From NCBI GenBank assembly GCA_947503105.1, contig CANNCM010000002.1:79546-143545 (forward strand): DNA of 64,000 nt, written 5' to 3'. Under the pieces are notes generated by a model. The model made no database searches, was not told the origin of the DNA, and worked only from the letters and a program-made list of their open reading frames with translations. Within the stretch, counting starts at the first letter, position 1. Every line of letters starts with the position of its first letter. Source of the DNA: an uncultured Flavobacteriaceae bacterium. Its GTDB lineage: Bacteria > Bacteroidota > Bacteroidia > Flavobacteriales > Flavobacteriaceae. Of the stretch, positions 1 to 8,670 are shown piece by piece. Both the position numbers and the translations under genes were made by a program.

Positions 1-205
1 TGATAATAGTGGGAAATGAAACCCCAACATTGCTTTCCCATTGGTGTTGGCTGCAAAGCGTTTTTATAACCTCAGAAATAGCTTCTGGTGTAGCAGGTTT
101 TGGAGTAGGAATTCGCAACCTTTCGCCAACAAGCGTTCCTGTTTCTGTATCAACAATTGCCGCTTTTATGCCAGATCCTCCTATGTCTATTCCTAGTATT
201 TTCAT
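1..205 (-). CDS. ROK-family sugar kinase (polyphosphate glucokinase-like), N-terminal part only; gene runs off the window start
   Basis: The reverse complement of 205..1 reads [68 protein letters not shown] with no stop before the edge. [10 protein letters not shown] is the ASKHA/ROK phosphate-1 motif. It is absent from the ORF track; the 9..233 + ORF is its antisense shadow. Confidence 0.7.
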   Translation of the reverse strand, partial: MKILGIDIGGSGIKAAIVDTETGTLVGERLRIPTPKPATPEAISEVIKTLCSQHQWESNVGVSFPTII

Positions 206-208
206 GAT

Positions 209-685
209 TTATGATTTTAATTCTTCTATTTGAAGCTTATACTCAAACTGTAAATCGTCATGTAGTTTTGCCGTCTTTTTTAGTGCAGATTCAAGTTGCC
301 TGTTGTATATATTGCTTAGTGTTTTATTTTTAAAAATTGATGGAGTTATTTCATGCATTTTAGAACAAAAATACAGTAGGAGTTCTATTTCAGTTTCTGG
401 TTGATTTGAGTATCGAGCATACTTTCGAATGCGACGTAAAATTTTACGTACACTTTTTTTGATATAAAAATAATGCTGAGTGTTGATGTCCAAAAAAAGT
501 ATATCTAACTGACTTTTAATGCTTTGCACGTAGCCAAGTTCGTCTTCTGCTTCAAATAGAAGATACGTAAGGAGTTCTTTGTTTTCAAGTTTGAAACGTG
601 CCAAACGCAAGCAAAGTTGCTTGAGTTTTTCGTTGTCTAAATACTCTAATTCTTTTCTGAGTTGAACGACACTTGCTGCTTTCAT
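209..685 (-). CDS. hypothetical protein (158 aa, helical, charged)
   Basis: Complete ORF with an ATG start. Only 3 nt separate its stop from the ROK kinase ATG, suggesting co-transcription. No motif recognised. Confidence 0.5.
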   Translation of the reverse strand: MKAASVVQLRKELEYLDNEKLKQLCLRLARFKLENKELLTYLLFEAEDELGYVQSIKSQLDILFLDINTQHYFYIKKSVRKILRRIRKYARYSNQPETEIELLLYFCSKMHEITPSIFKNKTLSNIYNRQLESALKKTAKLHDDLQFEYKLQIEELKS

Positions 686-816
686 AGAATCGTAATATTA
701 CAATTTTTCAAAAATTATCACAATACTTCTTCAATTTTATTTCATTTATGCAGTCAAATAAAAATAAGTTAAATCTTCATGCACAACCAAACAGATATGT
801 ATTTTTGCAAGATCAT

Positions 817-1839
817 ATGGATTCATTAACACAAATTGTATTGGGCGCTGCTTGCGGGGAAGCAGTTTTAGGGAAAAAAATTGGCAACCGCGCATTGCTT
901 TTTGGTGCGATAGGGGGTACAGTGCCAGATTTGGATGTTTTTGTTGGCAAGTGGATTTTTAGTAATGAAATTCAAGCCATGGCATTTCACCGAGGTTTTA
1001 TGCACTCGATACTTTTTGCAGTATTGGCGGGTGTAGGGCTAGGATATGCTGTTTTTTGGATGTACAACAGGGGCTCACGATTGGGAACAACAACCCCTAA
1101 AGATTGGATAAAATTGTTTTTTATTTCAATATTTACTCACCCCATTTTAGATTGCTTTACAGGATATGGCACCCAATTATTTGCACCATTTTCAAACTAC
1201 AGAGTAGCGTTTGATAATATCGCTGTCGCTGACCCTTTTTATACACTCCCTTTTTTGGTCTCTTTGATTATTTTGATGTGCTTTAAGAGAACATCAACAA
1301 CGAGAAGAACTTTTTTGAAAATAGGTTTGGGAATTAGCTCTGTTTATATGGTGTTTACTTTGATAAATAAGTATTATATCAATTCAGTTTTTAAGTCAGA
1401 TTTGGCACAAAAAAGGATCAAATATAATCGCTTTAAGAGTCAACCCACAATTTTAAATAATATACTTTGGTATGGAGTTGCTGAGTCTGATACTGCATAT
1501 CATGTGGCGTTTTATTCTATTTTGGATCAAAAAAAGACACCAAGAAAATGGCAAAGTATTCCAAAAAATCATCAGCTTGTGTCGTCAACTCATAAGGATA
1601 TAAAAACCTTGATTTGGTTTAGTGATGGATTTTATTCAATATCCAAAACAACAGAAAAAGACACTTTTATTTTTAAAGATTTGCGTTATCCACTTTTAAA
1701 TGAAGATGACCCCAATTCTTCAGTATTTAGTTTTAAGATAAAGCATGAAAACAACCGATGGGTTGCGCAGCCATTCTATCCTAAAGATATGAAAGAAAAA
1801 GACGTTTCAGCATTTTTGGAACGCCTCAAGGGGATCTAA
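817..1839 (+). CDS. membrane-bound metal-dependent hydrolase (YdjM/DUF457-like)
   Basis: MDSLTQIVLGAACGEAVLGKKIG... is a typical DUF457 N-terminus, and several hydrophobic segments follow. Start moved from 748 to the ATG at 817 because a TATTTTTG -7 box at 800..807 lies inside the longer ORF. Confidence 0.65.
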   Translation: MDSLTQIVLGAACGEAVLGKKIGNRALLFGAIGGTVPDLDVFVGKWIFSNEIQAMAFHRGFMHSILFAVLAGVGLGYAVFWMYNRGSRLGTTTPKDWIKLFFISIFTHPILDCFTGYGTQLFAPFSNYRVAFDNIAVADPFYTLPFLVSLIILMCFKRTSTTRRTFLKIGLGISSVYMVFTLINKYYINSVFKSDLAQKRIKYNRFKSQPTILNNILWYGVAESDTAYHVAFYSILDQKKTPRKWQSIPKNHQLVSSTHKDIKTLIWFSDGFYSISKTTEKDTFIFKDLRYPLLNEDDPNSSVFSFKIKHENNRWVAQPFYPKDMKEKDVSAFLERLKGI

Positions 1840-3029
1840 AGAATACCCACCGATACCATGCATTTTTTCATGGACAAATAGGTGCGTTTGATATCATTAT
1901 CCAATCCAACAGAAAACCGAATTAAACCTTCGCTCAATCCCATTTCTTTTTGTTCGTCTTCCGGAATCTCAGAAGACGTGGAGCTTCCAGGCGCACTGAA
2001 TAAGGTTTTATAAAATCCTAAGCTCACGGCCAAATATCCAAGATTTTCTTTTTGCATGAGCTCCATTAAAGCATTTGCTTTATCAAGAGTTCCAACATCA
2101 ATAGTAAGCATACCACCAAAGCCATATTCTTCATTCATTTGATTTTTGAAAATTGCATGTGATGGGTGAGATTCAAGTCCTGGATACACAGTCTTTATAC
2201 CGTCATTTTTAAATTGATGAGCCAAATACATGGCATTGTGGCTGTGTTGCTTCATTCTGATATGAAGTGTTCTTAAATTTTTTAAAATGGATGCAGCTCT
2301 TAGACTGTCCATACTTGCTCCGAGCAGCATCGCAGCGCCGTCATTAACATTACGAAGATGATCAATCAATTCTTGACGGCCACAAACCACACCGCCAATA
2401 GTATCACTCGAACCATTAATAAATTTTGTTAGACTATGTATGACAATATCTGCACCCAATACTTTTGGTGATATAGAAAGTGGCGAAAATGTATTGTCAA
2501 CAACCAATTGAATATTGTATTTTTTTGCAATTTTAGATAAGCCGCGAATGTCTGCAACTTCGAGCAGCGGGTTGCTAACAGACTCGCAATATAAAACGGT
2601 GGTTTTCTCTGTAATAGCATCTTCTATTGCCGCCAAATTTGTAATGTCCACAAAAGCAGTGTTTATCCCAAATTTTGGAGCAAAATTTTTAAGAAAAGCA
2701 TAGGTACCCCCATATATGGTTCGGCTAGAGACTACATGATCTCCAGTATTACACAATTGCATCAAAACTGCCGTAATAGCACCCATTCCAGAGGCCGAAA
2801 CATTGGAGGTTTCTGTGCCTTCCATGGCCGCCAAAGCCGCTCCAAGATAAAGATTTGATGGCGAGCTGTGCCTAGAGTAGAGGTAGCATCCATCGGCATT
2901 ACCCTCAAAGGTGTCAAACATTGTTTTTGCAGAAAGAAAAGTATAGGTAGATGAGTCCGAAATGGAAGGGTTTACTCCTCCAAATTCTCCGAAATATTGT
3001 AAATCTTGAATAGCGTCTGCCGGCTTCAT
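1836..3029 (-). CDS. Cys/Met-metabolism PLP-dependent enzyme, methionine gamma-lyase-like
   Basis: 397 aa with the PLP-lysine motif HSLTKFINGSSD. From memory, the N-terminus FGEFGGVNPSISDSSTYTF resembles plant-type methionine gamma-lyases. Divergent from an Lrp/AsnC regulator. Confidence 0.7.
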   Translation of the reverse strand: MKPADAIQDLQYFGEFGGVNPSISDSSTYTFLSAKTMFDTFEGNADGCYLYSRHSSPSNLYLGAALAAMEGTETSNVSASGMGAITAVLMQLCNTGDHVVSSRTIYGGTYAFLKNFAPKFGINTAFVDITNLAAIEDAITEKTTVLYCESVSNPLLEVADIRGLSKIAKKYNIQLVVDNTFSPLSISPKVLGADIVIHSLTKFINGSSDTIGGVVCGRQELIDHLRNVNDGAAMLLGASMDSLRAASILKNLRTLHIRMKQHSHNAMYLAHQFKNDGIKTVYPGLESHPSHAIFKNQMNEEYGFGGMLTIDVGTLDKANALMELMQKENLGYLAVSLGFYKTLFSAPGSSTSSEIPEDEQKEMGLSEGLIRFSVGLDNDIKRTYLSMKKCMVSVGIL

Positions 3030-3142
3030 AAATAATGATTATTTTTAGTCAAATATCACTATTAAAAGAATTATAAACAATTACTATTTATATTTATAGA
3101 AAATTATTCTTTTAAATTTAAAAAATTTAGATAAAAATTTTA

Positions 3143-3150
3143 TATTTTTG
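3143..3150 (+). promoter_or_regulatory. Bacteroidota sigma-A -7 box (TATTTTTG) for the Lrp/AsnC gene
   Basis: Exact match to TAnnTTTG, 35 nt upstream of the ATG at 3185. Confidence 0.45.
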
Positions 3151-3184
3151 TGTAAATTAATTTATTTAAAGATGTTTTTTCGAT

Positions 3185-3643
3185 ATGAAACTAGATGAAC
3201 TTGATATAAAAATACTTCGCCTGCTTCAAAAAGATGCTAAACTAACCAACAAAGCACTTTCTGCAAAGTTATCACTTTCTGTAACAGCAATTTACGAACG
3301 GATCAAAAAACTTGAAAAAACAGGGTTTATAGAAGGTTATGTGGCATTATTATCCAAAGAAAAAGTAGGAAAGTCCTTTGTTGCATTTTGTCATGTGAAG
3401 CTCATTCAACACACCCAAGACAACGTCAAACAATTTGAACGCGAGGTTATTGCTATTGAAGAAGTTTTGGAATGTTATCATTTGAGTGGCGACTATGATT
3501 ATCTTCTTAAAGTTCATGTTAAAGACATGGAATCCTACCGAAAATTTATGATAGAAAAACTAACAAATTTGAATCATATTGGCAGTACCCATAGCATGTT
3601 TATGATCAATCAAGTGAAACATACAACAGCTCTAAATATTTAA
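3185..3643 (+). CDS. Lrp/AsnC family transcriptional regulator
   Basis: 152 aa. LDELDIKILRLLQKDAKLTNKALSAKLSLSVTAIYERIKKLEKTGFI is the canonical HTH_AsnC N-terminus, followed by an RAM-type C-terminal domain. Confidence 0.9.
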   Translation: MKLDELDIKILRLLQKDAKLTNKALSAKLSLSVTAIYERIKKLEKTGFIEGYVALLSKEKVGKSFVAFCHVKLIQHTQDNVKQFEREVIAIEEVLECYHLSGDYDYLLKVHVKDMESYRKFMIEKLTNLNHIGSTHSMFMINQVKHTTALNI

Positions 3644-3674
3644 AATTTTATCTCCTGTATTGAGCGGAAGTTTG

Positions 3675-3682
3675 TACTTTTG
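3675..3682 (+). promoter_or_regulatory. -7 box (TACTTTTG) upstream of lpd copy 1
   Basis: Exact TAnnTTTG match, 23 nt upstream of the ATG at 3705. Confidence 0.45.
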
Positions 3683-3704
3683 TTTCTATTAAAATTATAG
3701 AATT

Positions 3705-5105
3705 ATGAAATCATATGACGTTGCTGTAATTGGTTCCGGCCCCGGAGGCTATGTCGCAGCCATTCGTTGTGCACAACTCGGAAAAAGTGTAGCCATTATT
3801 GAAAAATACAACACTATGGGTGGTACATGCCTCAACGTAGGTTGTATTCCAAGTAAAGCTTTATTGGATTCTTCTCATCATTTTGAAGATGCCGTAAAAC
3901 ACTTTGATACTCACGGAATTGAACTTCCTGGAGAGGTGAAAGTCAATCTTGAAAAAATGATGGCACGAAAACAATCTGTTGTAGACCAAACAACTGTAGG
4001 TATAGAGTTTTTGATGAAAAAAAATAACATTGACGTTTATCATGGCGTAGGCGCTTTTAAAGATGCCACACATATTTCTATTAGTGGAGATACGCCTCAA
4101 GAAATTGAAGCAAAACACACCATTATAGCTACAGGAAGCAAGCCTTCTGCACTTCCTTTTGTCAGCGTTGATAAAGAGCGTATTATTACATCTACAGAAG
4201 CCTTGAAACTCAAAGAAATTCCAAAACATCTCATTATTATTGGGGGTGGAGTTATTGGTTTGGAACTTGGACAAGTTTACAAACGCCTTGGCGCAGAAGT
4301 GACTGTGATTGAATATATGGATCGCATCATTCCAACAATGGATAAAAGTCTTTCTAAGGAATTGAACAAAGTCCTCAAAAAGCAAAAATTTAAAATCAAC
4401 ACCTCTCACAAAGTAACCTCGGTTTCTAGAGAAGGCAATACGATTACAGTTACTGCAGAAAACAAAAAAGGAGAAAGCGTTTCATTTGAAGGGGACTATT
4501 GCTTGGTGTCTGTAGGTCGAAGCGCCTATACAGCTGCCTTAAATACAGAAGCGGCAGGAGTAGAATTGAATGAACGTGGTCAAGTGGTTGTTAATGATCA
4601 CTTACAAACTACAGCTTCCAATATCTACGCCATTGGCGATGTTGTTCGAGGCGCTATGTTGGCTCACAAAGCCGAAGAAGAGGGTGTTTTTGTAGCCGAA
4701 ACCATAGCTGGACAAAAACCACACATCAATTATAATCTAATTCCTGGCGTGGTATATACATGGCCAGAAGTAGCCGCTGTTGGAAAAACAGAAGAAGAAC
4801 TGACAAATGCTGGTGTGGCCTATAAAACGGGTCAATTTCCTATGCGAGCTTTAGGGAGAAGCCGTGCAAGTATGGATCTGGATGGTTTTGTAAAAATTCT
4901 AGCCGATCAAACCACAGACGAAATTTTGGGTGTGCACATGATTGGTGCGCGTTGCGCCGATTTGATTGCAGAAGCTGTCGTTGCTATGGAATTCCGCGCC
5001 TCTGCCGAAGATCTTTCTAGAATGTCTCATGCGCATCCCACATTTACAGAAGCTATTAAAGAAGCTGCTCTTGCAGCAACAGAAAATAGAGCACTGCATA
5101 TATAA
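3705..5105 (+). CDS. lpdA: dihydrolipoyl dehydrogenase (E3), copy 1
   Basis: 466 aa with the FAD motif VIGSGPGGY, the redox-active disulfide GGTCLNVGCIPSK, and a C-terminal HAHPT(F)TE interface motif. Confidence 0.9.
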   Translation: MKSYDVAVIGSGPGGYVAAIRCAQLGKSVAIIEKYNTMGGTCLNVGCIPSKALLDSSHHFEDAVKHFDTHGIELPGEVKVNLEKMMARKQSVVDQTTVGIEFLMKKNNIDVYHGVGAFKDATHISISGDTPQEIEAKHTIIATGSKPSALPFVSVDKERIITSTEALKLKEIPKHLIIIGGGVIGLELGQVYKRLGAEVTVIEYMDRIIPTMDKSLSKELNKVLKKQKFKINTSHKVTSVSREGNTITVTAENKKGESVSFEGDYCLVSVGRSAYTAALNTEAAGVELNERGQVVVNDHLQTTASNIYAIGDVVRGAMLAHKAEEEGVFVAETIAGQKPHINYNLIPGVVYTWPEVAAVGKTEEELTNAGVAYKTGQFPMRALGRSRASMDLDGFVKILADQTTDEILGVHMIGARCADLIAEAVVAMEFRASAEDLSRMSHAHPTFTEAIKEAALAATENRALHI

Positions 5106-5127
5106 TTGATACACAGAATATTATATT

Positions 5128-5158
5128 AAAAGCGGTCAAAAATGATCGCTTTTTTTTA
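5128..5158 (+). terminator. Rho-independent terminator after lpd copy 1
   Basis: aaaAGCGGTCAaaaaTGATCGCTtttttttt: a GC-containing stem followed by a T-run. Confidence 0.6.
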
Positions 5159-5317
5159 TAAATTTATAGTAGATCCTTTTTTTTGTTAGAAAAAAATGTA
5201 TATTTAAATGATTGATTTACAGTTAATTGTCTAACATTTAAACAATTTTATTAAACAAAATTAATATTACTAACAGAGCACCCAAAAATGTAAAGTGCAA
5301 AAGCAACCCAAATCGCT

Positions 5318-5914
5318 TTGAACCCACATCATCAAGAACACCAACTATCCGACGAAGCATTAGTATATGCTATTATTCAAAAAGAGCAAACCTATCTTTT
5401 TGAAACATTATATGATCGCTATTATTCAATCATATACGGCCGATGCTTAAACTTTTTTAAAAACAAACAAGATGCTGAAGATGTATCTCAAGAGATCTTT
5501 TTTAAAATATTTTTGAAGCTTGATACTTTTTTGTTTAAGTCTAAATTTTCTACTTGGCTATATCGTTTTACACTAAATTATTGCATCAATTACAAACGAA
5601 AAATTAAGTACAGAAATTTAGAAAATGATTTTATTGATACAGAAAAACTAAGCGAACAATTTTTCAGTTATAATTACGACACTTGTTTTATAGATGAGTA
5701 TCAATTGGATCGGTTGAAACAAGCAATTAGTTTGTTGTCCAAGCACGAGCAGAAGTTAATTTTATTAAAATACTGTGGCTTTATGACCATCAAAGAAATG
5801 GCTAAAGCTTATAACCTTGGAGAAAGCGCCATTAAAATGAAATTAAAACGGATTAAAAAAAAGATATTAATTAATTATAAGAAAATCAGTTTAAAAGACC
5901 CAAAATTTGTTTAA
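5318..5914 (+). CDS. ECF-type RNA polymerase sigma-70 family factor
   Basis: Region 2 is DAEDVSQEIFFKIF...FSTWLYRFTLNYCINYKRK and region 4 is MTIKEMAKAYNLGESAIKMKLKRIKKKI. No in-frame ATG lies near the 5' end, so the start is probably the TTG at 5318. Confidence 0.8.
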   Translation: MNPHHQEHQLSDEALVYAIIQKEQTYLFETLYDRYYSIIYGRCLNFFKNKQDAEDVSQEIFFKIFLKLDTFLFKSKFSTWLYRFTLNYCINYKRKIKYRNLENDFIDTEKLSEQFFSYNYDTCFIDEYQLDRLKQAISLLSKHEQKLILLKYCGFMTIKEMAKAYNLGESAIKMKLKRIKKKILINYKKISLKDPKFV

Positions 5915-7285
5915 TTAGTTTCGTTTTTTACGATTATAGTTTTTATCCCCGCGAGTTTTTGGTTTTTTATATTTTTTTCCAATAGTCCTTTTGTAGGATC
6001 CGCCAAGATTCACCTTTTTATTTTTCTCTTTTTTTTCGTGAAAAGCTGGCCCAGGGACATCGTCGTTATTGTTCTTGTGTGGATTGTAGCGTTCCTTTAC
6101 AATATTTCTTTCCTCTGGCATCAATTCATTTGATTTCTCAACTTCATTTGGCCAGTCGCAAACCTGAATTTCAAAATCCATGTAGCCCTCGATTTGTCGT
6201 CTAAAATCTTGCTCTTTATTGGTTGACAAAAGGATGCTTTCGCCCTGTTTTTGTGCACGTCCAGTTCGGCCAATACGATGCATATAATTTTCGCAAAATT
6301 CTGGAGTATTGAAACTAATGACATGAGAAACAGCTTCGATGTCTATTCCACGCGCCATAAGGTCTGTAGTCACCAAAATTCTGTAAGTTCCATTTTTAAA
6401 CTCTTCGATGGCATTACGCCTGTAATTTTGAGATTTATTGGAGTGTAGTACGCCACATTCATTTCCAAAATTGAGATCCAACGCTTCAAACAAACGATCT
6501 GCAATACGTTTTAGATCGACAAAAATAAGCACCTTTCTAAACGTTTCTTTTTGAGCTAACAAAAAGAGCAGGAGATTTAGCTTAGAATTATAATTGGGCA
6601 CATCAAAACGCTTTTGCTTGATGTTTTTTAGAGGCGTACCCGAGAGTGCGGTAGTGACTTTATTTGGATTTCTAAAAAAGTTGGAAATAATATGTTCAAC
6701 ATCAGAATTCATTGTTGCAGAGAACATAATGTTTTGACGTTGCTCTGGAAGTAAATCAAAAATATTAATAAGCTGATGTCGAAAACCCAAATCGAGCATG
6801 ACATCTACTTCATCAATAACTAATTTTTGAATATTTTTCAATCGTAATGCTCTACTCACAGCCAAATCATATAATCGTCCTGGCGTTGCAACGACAATAT
6901 CTGCGCCATTTTCAATTTCTTTTTTTTGAGTATTTATATTAGTTCCACCAAAAATTCCAACAATTTTGAAAGGTAATTCTTTAGAAAGCTTTTCAATAGA
7001 TTCTACCACTTGTAACACCAATTCTCTTGTAGGAACGAGAATCAAAACTCGAGGAGATGCATCAGAGGGTTGCCTTAGGTTTCTCAACAATGGCAATGTG
7101 TAGGCCATTGTTTTTCCAGTTCCTGTTTGCGCAATTCCAATAAGGTCTCTACCAGAGCAAATTTTCGAGAATGAAGCACTTTGAATGGCTGTAGGATGCG
7201 TGAATCCTAGTTGTGCAATAGCATCATGTAATGCAGGGGTGAGTTTAAAATCGCTGAAAGTCTCCAAATTAAAAAATTTATTCAA
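5915..7285 (-). CDS. DEAD-box ATP-dependent RNA helicase (RhlE-like) with a basic C-terminal tail
   Basis: Motif I AQTGTGKT, Ia PTRELV, II DEVD (a variant of DEAD), III SAT, VI HRIGRTGR. The C-terminus is K/R-rich. Confidence 0.9.
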   Translation of the reverse strand: MNKFFNLETFSDFKLTPALHDAIAQLGFTHPTAIQSASFSKICSGRDLIGIAQTGTGKTMAYTLPLLRNLRQPSDASPRVLILVPTRELVLQVVESIEKLSKELPFKIVGIFGGTNINTQKKEIENGADIVVATPGRLYDLAVSRALRLKNIQKLVIDEVDVMLDLGFRHQLINIFDLLPEQRQNIMFSATMNSDVEHIISNFFRNPNKVTTALSGTPLKNIKQKRFDVPNYNSKLNLLLFLLAQKETFRKVLIFVDLKRIADRLFEALDLNFGNECGVLHSNKSQNYRRNAIEEFKNGTYRILVTTDLMARGIDIEAVSHVISFNTPEFCENYMHRIGRTGRAQKQGESILLSTNKEQDFRRQIEGYMDFEIQVCDWPNEVEKSNELMPEERNIVKERYNPHKNNNDDVPGPAFHEKKEKNKKVNLGGSYKRTIGKKYKKPKTRGDKNYNRKKRN

Positions 7286-7364
7286 AGGTAATGTATTCTT
7301 GCAAAGTAGGTGTGTATTTCAATATATCTGATTAAATTTACATTCAAAACTGTTTTTATCACAT

Positions 7365-8654
7365 TTGAGAACACAATACCAATTTAAACCAGAATGTTTT
7401 GACACCTTCAAAAGGCAACTTTTGCAATGGGCCAATACTTTTGAAGAAGTTGTTTGGCTAGATTCAAATCATTACAATCAAACACACAGTAGCTTTGATG
7501 CTGTATTGGCAGTTGACGCCTTTTCAAGTTTACAACTTTCTCCAAATCAAGGATTTGACCAATTGGAAATCTACCAAAAAGAAACTTCGGATTGGATTTT
7601 TGGTTATCTTTCATATGATTTAAAAAACGATATTGAAAAGCTTCATTCTTCAAATTATGATGGTCTTCTATTTCCTGATTTATTTTTCTTTCAACCCAAA
7701 AAAGTATTTCTTTTTCGAGGCGATGAAGTGATCATCCATTACCTTAATGAATTTTCGGCTTGTATTGAAGACGATTTGAACTCCATAGAAAAGCAGTCGT
7801 TTCAAACTAAAAATAGAAATGCTGTAGCGTTAAAAATCGATGCGCGAACTTCAAAATCATCATACCTCGATAAAGTAAAAACGTTACAATATCACATAAA
7901 TAGAGGCGACATTTATGAGGCCAATTTTTGTCAAGAATTTTATACCTATGGGACAATAGACCCTTTGGCAACTTTTTATAAACTTCAAAAAAGCTCAAAA
8001 CCACCATTTTCTGCATTTTTAAAAAATGGCAACCACTTTGCACTGTCTGCTTCTCCAGAGCGGTATTTGAAAAAAAATGGAAATGTTGTTATTTCTCAGC
8101 CGATCAAAGGAACATCTAGGCGGTCTGTCCTTGCCGATGAAGATGCACAATTAAAAGCTAATTTAGAGATCGACCCCAAAGAACGCAGCGAAAATGTCAT
8201 GATTGTAGATTTGGTTCGCAACGATTTATCAAGAATTGCAGAAAAAGGAACGGTCAAAGTCGATGAGCTTTGTGGTTCTTACACATTTGCTCAAGTTCAT
8301 CATTTGATTTCTACTGTAAGCGCGTCAATAAAAAATGAATATTCTTCTGTAGATGTCATCAAGTCAACTTTTCCTATGGGGAGTATGACTGGTGCACCAA
8401 AAATATCGGCAATGACAATTATCGAGCAATTGGAAGATGCCAAACGAGGGCTTTATTCTGGTGCGATAGGCTATTTCACTCCAAGTGGTAATTTTGATTT
8501 TAATGTGGTCATTAGAAGTATCTTGTACAACAAAACCAAATCGTACATTTCTTTTTCTGTTGGAAGTGCTATCACCTCCAAAAGTAAGCCAGAATACGAA
8601 TATGAAGAATGCCTTGTAAAAGCACAGGCATTGCGAGAAGCCCTGGAAAATTAA
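7365..8654 (+). CDS. pabB: aminodeoxychorismate synthase component I-like chorismate-binding enzyme
   Basis: 429 aa with PIKGTSRR, ENVMIVDLVRNDL and PMGSMTGAPK chorismate-binding motifs. TTG start. PabB versus TrpE is assigned by size and context only. Confidence 0.7.
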   Translation: MRTQYQFKPECFDTFKRQLLQWANTFEEVVWLDSNHYNQTHSSFDAVLAVDAFSSLQLSPNQGFDQLEIYQKETSDWIFGYLSYDLKNDIEKLHSSNYDGLLFPDLFFFQPKKVFLFRGDEVIIHYLNEFSACIEDDLNSIEKQSFQTKNRNAVALKIDARTSKSSYLDKVKTLQYHINRGDIYEANFCQEFYTYGTIDPLATFYKLQKSSKPPFSAFLKNGNHFALSASPERYLKKNGNVVISQPIKGTSRRSVLADEDAQLKANLEIDPKERSENVMIVDLVRNDLSRIAEKGTVKVDELCGSYTFAQVHHLISTVSASIKNEYSSVDVIKSTFPMGSMTGAPKISAMTIIEQLEDAKRGLYSGAIGYFTPSGNFDFNVVIRSILYNKTKSYISFSVGSAITSKSKPEYEYEECLVKAQALREALEN

Positions 8655-8670
8655 TTTGTATTTTTGCGCT

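Noticed and set aside
9-233. 74-aa plus-strand ORF at the window start
   Set aside because: It is the antisense shadow of a well-supported ROK kinase N-terminus encoded on the minus strand (205..1). Its own sequence has no recognisable features.
3861-4409. 182-aa antisense ORF inside lpd copy 1, plus similar long antisense ORFs at 18625..19020, 24281..24622, 31866..32222, 41303..41647, 47117..47461, 58640..59002, 60505..60900 and 61639..62143
   Set aside because: All lie fully inside strongly supported genes on the opposite strand. Their translations are Phe/Cys/Asn/Ser-rich, low-information sequence typical of codon-complement frames, and they show no start context or motif. I treat them as non-coding.
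8659-8666. TATTTTTG -7-like box 5 nt before the tilS ATG
   Set aside because: It is too close to the start to be confidently called a promoter. tilS is more simply explained as co-transcribed with the upstream pabB-like gene, given the 1-nt to 16-nt gap.
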